DNA from: the human T2T-CHM13v2.0 reference genome, Homo sapiens
NCBI RefSeq assembly: GCF_009914755.1
Contig: NC_060938.1
Reading direction: 5' to 3' (one strand)
Length of the DNA stretch: 64,000 nucleotides
The notes under the pieces: model-generated
The model's input: only the letters and a program-made list of their open reading frames with translations
Databases searched by the model: none
What the model was told of the DNA's origin: nothing
Translations under genes and position numbers: made by a program
Part shown: piece after piece, positions 17,120 through 37,527 of the stretch
Position numbering within the stretch: the stretch's first letter is position 1
How the letters are laid out: each line of letters starts with the position of its first letter

Positions 17120-18068
17120 AATTTAGCATATTCTTAAGTGTCCTAGGATTTTCTGAATGGTAAACAAGCACTGGCTTCCATGTAAAGTCACCAGCTGCAT
17201 TAGCCACTAACAAGAGAGTCAGCCTGTGCTTTGAAGCTCTGAAGCCAGACATTGACTTCTCCTCTCTAGCTATGAAAGCCCTCTTTCTATGAACCAACCT
17301 CTGGTGGCTTTCAACTTTTCTTCTGCATCTCCCTCACCTCTCTCAGCCTTCACAGAATTGAAGAGAGTGAGGGCCATGCTCTGGATGAGGCTTTGGCTTA
17401 AGGGAATGTTGTGTTTGGTTTGATCTATCCAGACTCCAACTCCCTCCATAGCAGCAGTGAGGGTGTTTCACTTTCTCATCATCCATGTGTTCACCGGAGT
17501 AGCACATTTAAATTTCCTTCAAGAACTATTCCTTTGTGTTCACAACTTGGCTGTCTGTCGCAAGAGACCTAGCTTTTGGCCTATCTTGGCTTAAGGAGGC
17601 CTGAGGAGTTGGAGAGAGATGGGGGAGCGGCCGGTCTGAGGAGCACTCAGAACACACAACGTTTATCCATTAAGTTCACTATCTCAGAAGAACACGGTTT
17701 GTGGTCCCCCAAAACAGTGATGATGGTAACATCACAGATCACCGTAACAGATATAATTCTAATGAAAAAGTTGTAAATACTGTAAGAATTAGCAAAACGT
17801 GACAAGACAGACATGAAGTGAGCACATGTTGTTGGGGAAAAAATGATAGATTTGCTCACAGACCTTGAATTTGTTTAAACATTAAAACAATATCTGCAAG
17901 ATGCAATTAAGTGAAATGCAATCAAATGAGGTTTGCCTGTATTTCTAAAATGACTTAAACGTTGAAAATGTAAAGGGTCCTTTGGACCCACAGAGCCAGT
18001 GGTGACGCTGAGGGGGAAGCAATTGCTGTCGATGCTGTAAGGTGTAACAGGGGCCCTTTAGTTACTTA

Positions 18069-18659
<591 letters not shown>

Positions 18660-18665
<6 letters not shown>

Positions 18666-18962
18666 AAAAGAGAGAGAGAAAGAAAGAGGAAGGGAGGAAG
18701 GGAGGGAGGGAAGGAGGGAGGGAGGGAGGGAAGGAAGGAAGGAAGGAGAGAGAGAGAGAGAGAAAGAAAGAAAGAAGAAAGAGAGAGAAAGAAAGAAGAG
18801 AGAGAGAAAGAACAGAAAGAAAAGAGAAAGAAAGAAGAAAGAAAGAAAAAAGAAAGAAGAAAGAAAAAAGAGAGAAAGAGGAAGGGAGGGAGGAAGGGAA
18901 GGAAGGAAGGAAGGAAGGAAGGAAGGAAGGAAGGAAGGAAGGAAGGAAGGAGGGAAGGAAAA
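18660..18962. repeat. GA-rich polypurine tract including (GGAA)13 at 18897-18948
   Basis: Visible. Confidence 0.9.
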
Positions 18963-19941
18963 TAAATGAGCAGGATGCTTTGTTGAGATGCTGGGCAAAG
19001 CGAGGGTGGCTGGCAAGGCCGAGTGGGTGCCGTGAGTGCTGCTGTTTGCTCTGCTCCTGTGAATGTCGGACCTCTGCATAATACTTTTCTTCAGAAACGA
19101 GAACAGGAGAATGCTTCAGCAATGCAGCTGTCACTCTGCACAACTGGGAGTGCAAATGACATGCCCTAGTCAGGCCCTGGCATGGAACGTGTCCACCTCC
19201 ACACTGGGAATAGCAGAAGCCCCACCGGCCGGTCTATCCTGGCTGCCCCAGAGCCTGAGACCCAGTCCTAGCCCAGCAGGTGGTCCAGAGGGAGAGGAGC
19301 TCAGGCCCCCAGGGAGGCTCCAAGGCGGGTCTTATCAACACCACTCAGTCAACCGGCCTTGAGAAGGTCAGTCTGAGGGTAGATGGAATCCCAGCTCCTG
19401 TCCATCAAGGCACAGGCCTTGATCTTAGGACAACTACTGGTGGGGGGCTGTTCCCTCCCCAGCACAGCAGCTGACAAATGGGGATCCCAGCAAAAACTGC
19501 CAGAATCCTTGAAGTTAAAGCTCCATCAGTGCCATGTTTTTGGGTACCTCCTTCCCCAGGCAATGGCAGCAGAAAAGTTTGTGAGAAACCAAGGCTGGCA
19601 GGTGCCCAAGAAGGCCAAGAGTGGATGCCATAGGAAGGCTGGGGAAGCCATGGAAGGCACTGCCTTCTCTGCCAGGCCACCACAGTGGTCCCCAGGGCCA
19701 GGCTTGATGACAGGCCCCTACATGCCCTTACCCAGCTCCAGCCAGGGTGCCGGGGGGTCAGGCAACCCATCCAGGCCGGTCTCCTTCACAGCTCTGCCCA
19801 GAGTCTCTCCAAGATGTGCAGCTGCTTTCTAAGCTGAAACGTCTCCTGGTCCAGTGGGGCCCACTAGCACAACCAGCTCGTCCTGGTTTTAGCAGCGAAA
19901 GCCCTGTGTGCTCATCCTGGGGCCTGCTTGCCCATCATTTA

Positions 19942-20452
<511 letters not shown>

Positions 20453-22446
20453 TCAAGCTTTTGACTGTGACCCCACTATAAGAAATAGGTTTACATTATT
20501 GCCCAGTGCGCACACACAAGTACACACACACACGCACACACTCAGGAGTCATAATAGTAAGTACTTAGAGACAATGATAACAGAGACAGGTTGGAGTCAA
20601 ATAACCAACCCTTCTCACCAGGGACCCAGGAATAGATGCGGCAGCCCCTCGCCGCAGCCTCCGCCTGGGGACAGCTTTTCTGGGGGAAGGCCTCAGGGCA
20701 GAATGCAGCCTCCACCTTCCCAGGGCTCAGCTTGGGGGTCAGTGGGAAAAGTCAGAAAGCAAAGATGCAGGGCCAGCCTCTATTCCCCAATCAGGAAGAA
20801 ACACCGAGAGGGAGAAGCCTCTGCCCGAGACAGGAGGCCCCGGCTGTTTTGTGGGCTGTGCCAGGAGCATCCGGTTTCCAGCCTTGGTTCCCAGGAGTGG
20901 TTTCTCCTCCCAGGGCCCCTCTGGCCTCATCTACAAAATAACCTGCAACACCGTGGCACCACTAAGCGCTGTCTTCAGATTCGGAGAGTTTACAAAGATC
21001 GTTCTCTCCCTCACTTATTCTACAAATCTTTGTTATGTTACCCAAAAACATCAGACACTGAGCCAAGCACTAGAGCTTAAAAAGACAAAGAAGTCACAGT
21101 CCCAGAGCCCACAGAGTCTCAGAGCCCAGCCCAGAGGCACGGGCTCCCCGACCCAACACGCTGCACGCGGATCCATATGTGCGCCTGTGTGTTGGGGACG
21201 GGGGTGTGGGCAGGGCACAGAGCTGCTCATGGTGGCCAGGTCCCCTGTGCTACAAGTAAGGCAGCTCCTGCCATTGCCACCTCGTCCTCTAGAGAAGCCT
21301 TTCCACGAGCCACGCTGTGGTGTTGCCTTTTCCCCGGATGGTCCACGGAGGTTGCAATGCTCAATTAACACGCTCTGAGAATGGAAGTGACAGTGTAGCA
21401 CAAAGCAGAGGTGACACGCGTGAGCTCACGGCCGGGTCCCCTCCAGCGTCCACCCCCCAAGAAGTCCCCCGCTGTCTGGGCCACCAGTTTCATTCAGCAA
21501 ATACTATTCTATAAACAGCTGACCCAGATTCTCCGCTTGAATTAGGACGTTTCCCAGGCAGTTGAGGATGTACAGGGATGAATTTCAATGTTGCTTAAAA
21601 GCATTAAAGCTTGAAGGCACACTCAGGCCACTCTTCCATGGGGACAATGCTGCTGGCACCATCCGAAGGCCACAGCCCCCAGGCAGCCAGGACCCTCCCA
21701 GCGCCTCTCTCGCTCAGGGTTGACTCAAGGAACCTCTGCGGAAAGAGGCGTTTTAAACTTTAATTAACCTACGTTCTTCCCTACGCCTCGTGACCTGACT
21801 TTCCATCCTCTCTCCAAAGGGACCTGCAGCAGCAATACAGTCACATTCCATTTTAACCCCAATGCCCGTCAAACGTGGCTTGGCCCCCAGAGCAAAAGAC
21901 AGGAGCATCAGCAAGTAGGGAGGAAGTGGGGACAGACGCACAGGCCAGGGCCACAATCCCCTTGACCCTCCATGCATCCTCACGGAGGCAAGGTGAGGGA
22001 GAGGTCCAGCTGTTCACGCTGGGGGAGTGTGGAGGCTGTGAGAATGCACCTCCCTCACCCCCCACAGCCCCAGGAAGTGTCATCGGCCCTGGTCCCAGGT
22101 GCTGGGCTCTGAAATCCATGTTCCCCCAGGCTGCTCCCAGCCAGTGGTCTGGCACGGCAAGGGTACCGAGGCAGGCCCATTCCCAGGGGACAGGAGATTT
22201 GCCGATGGCCCTGTGGGCCCTTTCCTCAGGGCCGGACCTGCAGCACAGATCCATAGCCCTCCCCAGCTCCTTCTAGGAGGGCCCAGGTTAACAAACAGAC
22301 CAGCCACCGACACCACAGCTCATGCCGCCGCCATTCCTCACCCAGTGGTGGCACAGGCGTCCCAGCTGGCAGCCCCTGACACCCTGGCCCCCAGGCTCCA
22401 TCCTCCATGCAGCGACCAGACCAACCCTTCGAAAACATGAATATGA

Positions 22447-22565
22447 GGCCAGGTGTGGTGTAATCCCAGCACTTTGGGAGGCCAAAGTGGGAGGAGAGCT
22501 TGAGCCCAGGAGTTTGAGATCAACCTAGGCAACCAGAGTGAGACCTTGTCGCAACAAAATAAAGT
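22447..22565 (+). mobile_element. Alu monomer
   Basis: Alu left-arm consensus. Confidence 0.8.
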
Positions 22566-22868
22566 TTTTTTAAAAAAGTAAGTTAAATTAAATGATTACA
22601 AAGACTTGTGACCGAAAGGCTCACAGAGCACCAAAAAGAAGACCCACGCCAGCAGACTAAGAGGAAAAGAAAATCTAAACAGCCAAGACCAAGTGGAGAA
22701 ATCTATGTCTGAAACAATACAGAAGTAAAAGACCAGAAGTTGTTAGTACAAGAGGAATCAGGGCATCCTGGGAGACCAAAGGATGCGGGCAGCTGGTGTG
22801 TCTGTGTCTGCTCAGGAGAGCACACAGAAGTTAATTCAGAAAACAGACAGCATTGAAAAGAAATACAG

Positions 22869-24300
<1,432 letters not shown>

Positions 24301-24782
24301 TCTGGAAGGAAATTGGCAATGGCTAAGTTTTCTAGAATTGAGAAAAGAAAGATATTGGCATCCAGCTTCAGAGAGCCCAGCTCTTGCTCTCGGGAAATGA
24401 GGCAGAAACAAGACTCGGTACCAAACATGTGAGGCCAGGAAACAGAACAGCAAGTGGAACCTACAAGTGTGCCCTATAGGTCCTGAGAGTGAGAGCCCCC
24501 AGGTGGTGAGTGGGGCAGCTGGGCAGCCAGGGGTCAGACGTCTGTTTACACACAGACACACACGACAACACGCACACAAGGAACCGCCCCTCCTGCTCCG
24601 TTCTCTGGCATGCACGGCCTTGATATCTGTTTTTCAGGTTGACTGGAGATTGTTGGCCACATTTGCCAAGAAAAGATAAGCAATCCTCACCACGGGCTCA
24701 CCCATGGTGCACAGAACTCCCAGCCCGGAGATCCAGCCACTTCTGAGAACAGAATCAACAGCCACTTAGAAGGCTCAGCCTA

Positions 24783-25130
24783 GGCTGGGCATAGTGGGTC
24801 ATGCCTGTAATCCCAATACTTTGGGAGGCAGAGGATCACTTGAGCCCAGGAGTTCAAGACCAGCCTGGGCAACATGGTGAAAGCCCCTCTCTACAAAAAA
24901 AAAAAAAAAAAAAAAAAGCCAGGCATGATGGCCTGCACCTGTGGTCCCAGCTACTCGGGAGGGGGAGATGGGAGGATCGCTTGAGCCCAGGAGGTCAAGG
25001 CTGCAGTGAGCCGAGATCAAACTGAACCACTGCACTCCAGCCCGGGAAACAGGAAAATACCCTGCCTCAAAAAAAAAAAAAAAAAAAAAAAAGAAGAAGA
25101 AGAAGAGAAGAAAAGAAAAAGAAAATGAAA
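24783..25130 (+). mobile_element. AluJ
   Basis: Alu consensus. Confidence 0.9.
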
Positions 25131-25725
25131 ATGAAAAAGGAAAAGAAGGCCCAGTCTAGGTGCAACTTAAGCCCACCAGCATCCTTCGAACCATAGCAGA
25201 TCAAATTAAAACAAGCCATTGGCCCAATTCTAACTTTCTTATGGGCAAAATGGAAAAACGTCTGGCCTGAGAAGGAAATGCCATGTTACTCCTAGGGTGG
25301 GCTGATTAAGTCACTCTTCCCATCCGGGGCCAGAGCAGGATCCGTCAGGACTCAGCTTGTTGTGAAATGAGGCCTTTCCTGGAAATGCCGTTCATAGAAC
25401 GCGACGAAGCAGCCGTGACATAAGAGCTTGGCATTTTGCTGTGTACAAATCCAGACCTTTCAACAGGATGTTGGGGTGGCCAGCCTGCTCTTTGGAAACA
25501 CGGGGCTGGCAGAGGCTGCCCCTGCCCCTCGTCCTTGGCCCAGCACTATATTGTCTTTGTGTCATGGACAGAGACCAACACTTCTCCTACGTCCCCTCCT
25601 ACTTGGAGTTAATCCCAGCCCAGCCAGTGCAGGGGAGACAGGTGTCGCCACAGAATCACAGTGGCTCCACTGTCTGCCCTCCTGAGCCTCTGGGCAGTCC
25701 CACACTGCCAGGTCATCTGCCCAGG

Positions 25726-25847
25726 AGCCTTCCCAGACCCCGGGCCCCATCTCCTTCATCTGTATCCAGGCACGTGCCTCGTGACAGAAGCCTTCCCAGA
25801 CCCCGGCCCCCTCTCCTTCATCTGCATCCAGGCATCAGCCTCGTGAC
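25726..25847. repeat. Two-copy ~63-bp tandem duplication
   Basis: AGCCTTCCCAGACCCCGG...GCCTCGTGACA at 25726 and 25789. Confidence 0.85.
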
Positions 25848-26092
25848 ATCTCTTTGGGTTTCAGGCTAATATTAAATACACTAATCATGGTGTGGAAAGA
25901 GTTTCTGGGTCAACAATAACCAAAGGCACACAGAGACAAGGATTCGAGGCAGGCACCGCGCTGTGTCCGTCTGTCCTCCACCTCTCCACCCCTGGGTACT
26001 TCAGGGGCCCCCTCACAGACTACGGGGTCCTAGGGGGCAGGACAGTGGCCAGTTTACCTGGGATTTCCCAGCAGGGCCTGGCCTGAGGCTGA

Positions 26093-26620
<528 letters not shown>

Positions 26621-27669
26621 CCACCATGGTTTAAAGTCTTCTTCCCGTGCCACAGAGTCCTTGTGCCGCGAGGCCCAATCACTCCCCAACATCTGTACGT
26701 CGGACTTGGACACCCCACCTTCACGCCCACCCCAACTTCACGCCCAGCCACCTTCACGCCCCGCCTCTGCAGCCCCTGTCCCGCCTCTGGCACGCCTCCC
26801 ACTCCAGGAGCCTTCACAAGCGCTGCTCCCTCTGCCTGGAAAGGCTTTCCTATTCTCCCATCCAAGTACTAACCAGGCCCGACCCTGCTGAGCTTCCGAG
26901 ATCAGAGGAGATGGGGTGCGCTCAGGATAGTATGGCCATAGACAACCCTCCCCTATTCTGTTCATCTGGCCGCTTCCTGCTCAGCATTTGGGGCTTCATT
27001 TAACTGGCAGCTTCCTTAAGGAGGCCTTCCCTGACCCCCTTCCCTTCCCATTCACCCCGGCCCACAATGCACATTGATTCCCTGAACTCAGGGTACTCCT
27101 GAAGTACCAATCATCACGTTGCATCATAATTGTTGGTTTCCTTGGAGGCACAGGGTCAGGCTCCGCGTGGGCAGGAGAAGTCTTCAGGGTGTGTTTGCTG
27201 GATTAACGACAGGTCGATGCCAATACAGGACACCCCTGCAGGTGAGGATCCCCCTCCTCAATCTGATCCTGAGAAGACGCCTTCTCCGGCCCTTTGGTCC
27301 CACCCACCCTGACTCTCCCAGGTGAAAAGCAGCTGTTGGTGATATTTGCATGACTGTGCCAGCTGGAACTTTTACTGTAGGGCCGTTTCCTAAGATCATT
27401 TCCTAAGACTCTCTCATCACTCTGATGGGGACAGGAAACTGCTCTGGGCACAGCACTTGTGCGATCTCCAGCCACAAAAAGCCGTTAATCTGGCCAAGAG
27501 CAGAGGCTTGCGGGTGAAGGGAGTGGAGGGGCTGCTGAAGATGGAGATGGTGCTTAGTTTTTTTTGTGGGTAGAAGAGTGCAGAGAGGCCCCTGCTCATC
27601 CCAGGAGAATGAAGTAGGCTTTTTGTTCTAAAGGGCCAGGTCTCTAAAAGCAACGGATTATATTGTTCA

Positions 27670-28179
<510 letters not shown>

Positions 28180-28450
28180 TCACCCCAGGTGTCGATGGGG
28201 TGGGAGGCATGGCCCAACTCCTGAAGATGTCATGGCACAGTGGGCAGCCACCATGGGGAATCCGGCCGGGATGACAGAGACAGCCCTGCAGCACGGCACT
28301 GCTCATAGTGGGGCCAGGCCCTGGAGGAGTCTCCTGAAGCCACAAACATACATAGTCCGCACCCTCCCCTGCCCCAAACTCAGCGTGTAGCAGATCAACC
28401 TCTGTACTATCAGCCAAGCCAATACAACAAGCACAGTGATTTGTGGACTA

Positions 28451-28740
<290 letters not shown>

Positions 28741-28744
28741 AAAT

Positions 28745-28791
28745 AACAGCCATTCATCAGAACAGCCATTCATCAGAACAGCCATTCATCC
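28745..28791. repeat. 3 x 16-bp tandem repeat AACAGCCATTCATCAG
   Basis: Visible. Confidence 0.9.
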
Positions 28792-29409
28792 CGGCTCTCA
28801 GCACCTCCAATCTGCACCCTGTACTGGTCAGCCCAAGCTATTCTAGAGAGTGCTACCCCACAAGTCTCCCTAAGCAGTCTGACCATAATTACAGCTAAAG
28901 ATAGGTGCCTCTGATACTTCATATACTGTGCCAGGGGAATCCCACAATTTACTCACCTGGCACTGGCACCAACCCTCCCAGATGGGCACCATAACTGCCC
29001 CCATCCCACTGCTGAAAAACAGGCATAGAGAGACTAAGTAAGTGCTGGGGTTTACTCATCCAGTAAGCAGGAGCACAGGTTCAGACCCCAACCCCTCCTC
29101 ACAGCCTTCCAGGGCTCCACCCCGCCCATGGTCTCACCACCCTTCCGGTCACTGCCACCCACCTGCCCACTCCCGGGCATCCTCCACACTCCTCACTGTC
29201 CCCTCAATCCCTCCCCCAATACTCTTGGCCTCTGTTGGGTTTTCTCCCTTCTTTCCCTATCTTCCAGGGTACCTGACCCCAAAAAGCCCTTCCAGGCTCT
29301 CCCTAACCTGATGTGCCTCTTCATCCCTTGAACTCCCAAAGTCTCTCTCAATCTTTTGTCACCACAACTCACAGTTAGGGAAGAATTTTGCATGACAAAC
29401 AGCACACAC

Positions 29410-30402
<993 letters not shown>

Positions 30403-30492
30403 AAAAAAAATTTAAATGCTCCTCTGGCCCCACTAAATTGATTGTACATCTTGGCTGCTCCCTGCAGTGTGGACATTCCCTAGAGAACTTGA

Positions 30493-30861
<369 letters not shown>

Positions 30862-31554
30862 TGGAAAAAGGTATTTTGAAGCATAGTGCTGGCGAGCATG
30901 ACATGCCTACAGAGGCCCTGCTCATCCCAGGCCTGCCAGTTTGTGCCCCGGGTTAGAGTTCTACTAAAACAATCTAAATTCTCACAGTACATGTTAATAA
31001 CCTGAGAACCAAAGATAAAAATCCGTCTGTCTCAAGACGTGTAAAATTTCATAGAAGGCCAACAGAATCAGAGATACAATAATGTTCACAATAAATTCTT
31101 TAGACAATTTAATCCAAAGAACCAAATAAAAACACTGTCATTGCAATTTTAAAAGGCTCGTAGGCACATAGTATGCATATCAGAATTTCTGTTGAACATT
31201 GAATGCTGGGTTTTGTTGGGAGGTGGCAGCTATCATTAAAATAGAAAAGTACTAGGAGCTGACTTGATCTGGGCAGTAACACAAAATTAAACAAATGTAT
31301 CTACGTTTAAAAAAAGATTCAAATTCAAACTTGGAAGGATACATTATCTGAAAATAAAAAATGTTTCTAGCTGGCAGGGAGGTAGAAGAGAGCCCTGAAA
31401 ATAATTGTCTAACACCTGGATTCTAGACCAGCTCTTCCTAAAGCAGCCCATATATTAGTCATGGTTTCTCTTCTGAAAAATAGGGGTTGGGACCAAAAGG
31501 CCTTCCATGTCCCTTCTAGATCTAAGCATCTCTCACTCTAAAACAGAAATTGCA

Positions 31555-32050
<496 letters not shown>

Positions 32051-32061
32051 AAAAGTGAAGC

Positions 32062-32285
32062 AGAAATTGCAAACCGGTGGCCCACTGGCCAGATAAAATC
32101 CGTCCAAGTTTTGTTTGCCCTGCATGGAGTTTTTGTTTTTTTCTAACTGAATATAAATGCCTCTAAATTGAGGCCCTCCGGTTTGCCACAATTACTGCTG
32201 TTCCTTATTGCCTTGCCCCAGCCTGCTTCCCACTTTGCCATCACCTGCTTGGCCCCTGAAGGACTCGGGCTTGGGACTGCCGTGC
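32062..32285 (+). mobile_element. MER102-like hAT MITE
   Basis: CAGAAATTGCAAACCGGTGGCCC...GGCCCCTGAAGG. Confidence 0.5.
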
Positions 32286-32691
32286 TATGGGGCTAAGAGA
32301 TTTCCAGCACTGCACTTGTTCCCATTACCACTTAAACCCTACTGAAAGATGATCTCAATTTACTTTGGTTTCTACCTGCGTTGCTGAGCAAATTTCACAG
32401 CTTTACAATTTGGACAGGGGTGGGCACCCTGTAGAGTACTATCATTCCTATTATACAGGACACTAATAGCTCAAAATACAAAAGAGACTTGTTCAAAGTC
32501 ACAGAGTTAGTAAGTCAGAGAGTTAAAATAATTTCTGTTTGCCAAGGAAAGTTTCAATTTGAAAAATCTGGAAATATACAAACCAAAAGCAAATTTCATA
32601 TATACATGATTATAATTAATATTTATGGCATACATCATGTTTAATTGCAGAAATGTAATCATTTATATATTCACCATTTTGTATATATTTG

Positions 32692-32865
32692 CTTTTTTTT
32701 TTTAAGAGATGTGGGTCTCACTCTGTTGCCCAGGTTGGAAATAAGTGGCTATTCACAGGCGTGATCATAACACGGCACAGCCTTGAACTGCTGTGCGTGC
32801 AAGTGGTCCTCTTGCCTCAGCCTCCCGAGTATCTGGGACTATAGGTGTGCAACGCCATGCCCAGC
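32692..32865 (-). mobile_element. FAM (fossil Alu monomer)
   Basis: 7SL-like GGCTATTCACAGGCGTGATC segment. Confidence 0.75.
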
Positions 32866-32914
32866 TTTTATGTTGCATATATTTGGATGTAGTCACTTAG
32901 GCTATTATTGTAGG

Positions 32915-33255
32915 GTAGTGGCTTTTTGTTATTGTGGTAAAATAATGGTTAAAGTTTACCATTTTAACCCTTTTCAAGTGTACAGTTCAGCGGCATTAAG
33001 TCTATTTACATTATTTTCAACTCTCACCAACATTCATCTCCAGAACTTTTTCATCTTGTAAAACTGAGACTCCGAAACATTGAACCATGACTCCCTCTAG
33101 CCCCTGCCCCAGCCTTTCTGTCTCTATGAATTTGCCTGCTCTGGGTACCTCATACTAATAGAATTCTATAGTAATTCTCCTTTTGAAACTGGCTTATTTC
33201 CCTTAGCTTAACGGATGAACCCCGAAGACATTATGCTAAAGGAAATAGACCAGTC
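32915..33255 (-). mobile_element. L1MB 3' fragment ending in a fold-back inversion
   Basis: TTTACCATTTTAACC...CATCTCCAGAACTTTTTCATCTTG. Confidence 0.75.
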
Positions 33256-33810
33256 ATGGCTTTAAATTCTGACTGTGATTTTATCGCAGCAAAGGTGTGT
33301 GTTAAAAATGGCTATGAACTTTGTAGATGCCTAGCAAGAGAGCATGGAATGTGAATGACCCAGCCCGGAAGACTTCCTTCTGCATGAAATACCCAAACAT
33401 ACAAGTAGCCTTTATGAGCGAAACTAAAAAAAGGATTTCTGAGCACAGGCTCCTGGCACATAAAGCTCAGAATAGCTGAGCTTCACTTACCAACTATAAC
33501 AGCACAAAATGTCACGCCGGGAATATTGAATGTGGGAGTTCAGTGCTCAAGGAAAAAAATCGCTCACCTAATTTAAGGAAACCCTAAATGAATCAATTTT
33601 TTTTTGTTGTTAAAAACTCTGTATTGCAACAGTCCCATCTGGTGCTAACTATATTTGCTTAGAGAAAGCAGTACCACAAAAGAAAGGTTATTTAGAGCAT
33701 GCAATGGTTTCTGGATGGTTCTTCCATCTACTAGAGAACATGACAGAGACCTAAGAAATTGACCCTAAATATGGACATAAATTTGTGTAAACGTAAGGTT
33801 AGAAACATCA

Positions 33811-34459
<649 letters not shown>

Positions 34460-35290
34460 TTACCTTATACCAGAAGCCCTTGCTTCTGTACTGTCCGTCT
34501 CCTTGTAAGATGGTCACCCTGGGAAATTGGCAGGATAGCCTGTCCTACCTTGTGAGGGTATTTAAATGACGGCAGACTTGATTTCAGGAGAGTGACCAAA
34601 ATATAGGTTAGCTTCCTGCTGTCCACATCACAAGAGAGGAGTCTGATGGGAAACAGAACGCAGCCTGCTGGGCTTTACCAGGAAACACACGCTGTTCATC
34701 TCTCAGGACCCAGCCTCCTGCCCGTATCCACACACCAGCTCTGCTCAAGTGATCCTCCTGCCTCAGCCTCCAGAGTAGCTGGGATTATAGGTGGGCAACA
34801 CCGTGCCTGGTTTTTATTTTGCATATATTTGGATATAGTAACTTAGGTTTTAACTGTAGCCTCGGTCAAGCTGTATAACCTCTCTGTGCCTCAGTTTCCT
34901 CATCTGTGCAGAAGTGGAGCAGCAACAGAATCTCTGTCAGAGGACTGCTATTGTGGGGATCCAGTGATGAGTGTATCTGAAGCAACAAGGCCACCAAACC
35001 ACAGCTGCCGCCGGGCACTGGCTGACGCTTTAGGAGTCTCCCAGAGTGGATGATGAGCAAGGGCCATGCTCTACATTTCGTGTGATTTGAGGTTTTTTTA
35101 AATCATGTCCCCAAAGCGATATGTTCTCTCACTAGACCCTCCAGAAGAAAAAACAAAACAAAACAGAATCTAATATGTTTAACACCTAACCCCAGGTACC
35201 TGTGAACGAGACCTTATTTGAAAATAGGGTTATTGCAGATTTAATTGAGTTACAATGTGGTCATGCTGGAATAGGGCAGGTCTTCAATTA

Positions 35291-35650
<360 letters not shown>

Positions 35651-35849
35651 ACAGAGAGGAAAACGCCAAGTGAAGATACTTTACGCAAGGGCAATGAAAC
35701 CAAGTGATGACAGAGGCGGATTTGGAGCTCTATGGCTGCAAGCTGAGAAACGCCAAAGACTGCCGGCAGCCACCAGATGCTGGAGAGTGCATGCAGTGGC
35801 CAACCCAAGGATTTTGTACCTTCTGGACTATGGAACTGTGAAAAAATGA

Positions 35850-36138
35850 ATTTCTTTTTTTTTTTTTTTGAGACGGAATTTCACTCTGTCGCCCAGGCTG
35901 GAGTGCCGTGGCGTGATATCAGCTCACTGCACTCCAAGGTTCAAGCGATTCTCATGCCTCAGCCTCCCGAGTAGCTGGCATTACAGGCATCCACCACCAC
36001 GCCTGGTTAATTTTTCTGTTTTTAGTAGAGATGGGGTTTCACCATGTTGGCCAGGCTGGTCTCAAACTCCTAAAGTGATCTGCCTGCCTCGGGCTCCCAA
36101 AGTGCTGAGATTACAGACATGAGCCACCGTGCCCAGCC
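35850..36138 (-). mobile_element. AluS in MLT1
   Basis: Alu consensus. Confidence 0.9.
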
Positions 36139-36354
36139 AAAAACTAAAACTGAATTTCTGTTGTTTTAAGCCACACAGTTTCTGTTGCTTTGTTAACAAT
36201 AGCCCTGGGAAACAATGTCTTAGCTGTTTAAATCCTCTAGGGCTGGCAGATAGAGGGCATGTGATACATATCCATTGAATGAATGAATAAATGAGTAAAG
36301 ATAAACACAGAGGTAAGGCAAGCAATGGGGAATAAATGATGGGGCAGATGTGGG

Positions 36355-37060
36355 TGCACACACACACCTGGAGGGGGACAGAGCACATGCACACCTGGAG
36401 GGGGACAGAGCCCACACACATACCTGGAGGGGGACAGAGCACATGCACACCTGGAGGGGGAGAGCCCAAACACACACCTGGAGGGGGACAGAGCACAGAC
36501 ACACCTGGAGGGGAATAGTGCATACCCACACCTGGAGGGGGGACACAGCACATGCACACCTGGAGGGGGACAGAGCCTACATACACACCTGGAGGGGGAC
36601 AGAGCACACGCACACCTGGAGGGGAACACTGCACACCCATACCTGGAGGGAGACAGAGCCCACGCACACCTGGAGGGGGAGAGTACATGCACACCTGGAG
36701 GGGGACAGAGCCCATGCACACCTGGAGGGGGAGAGTACATGCACACCTGGAGGGGGACAGAGCCCAAGCACACCTGGAGGGGATACAGCCCACGCACACC
36801 TGGAGGGGGACAGAGCACACGTACACCTGGAGGGGGAGAGCACAAGCACACCTGGAGGGGGAGAGCACACGCGCACCTGGAGGGGAACACAGCACACGCA
36901 CACCTGGAGGGGGACAGAGCACACGTACACCTGGAGGGGAGAGCACACGCACACCTGGAGGGGGAGAGCACACACACACCTGGAGGGGGACAGTGCACAC
37001 GTACACCTGGAGGGGGAGAACACACGCACACCTGGAAGGGGAGAGCACACACACACACAT
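36355..37060. repeat. Minisatellite, ~25-29 bp unit CACACCTGGAGGGGGACAGAGCACACG, ~26 copies
   Basis: Direct tandem repetition visible. Confidence 0.95.
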
Positions 37061-37219
37061 GGATAGGGAGTCACTCGTTCTTTTCTATGAGCATTCAGTC
37101 CCCAACTTTGGGTCTAAAAGGTCAGCTGAAACTTGGCTCCTGGAAAATCTATCATGTCGGTATGTCCCAGAGTACAAGGGCTTCCGACTGTCCAAGGAAC
37201 CAGAAATCTGAATTTTTAG

Positions 37220-37527
<308 letters not shown>

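Noticed and set aside
36365-36380. CTCF or PRDM9 motif in the VNTR unit
   Set aside because: CCTGGAGGGGGAC misses key CTCF positions and does not match CCNCCNTNNCCNC
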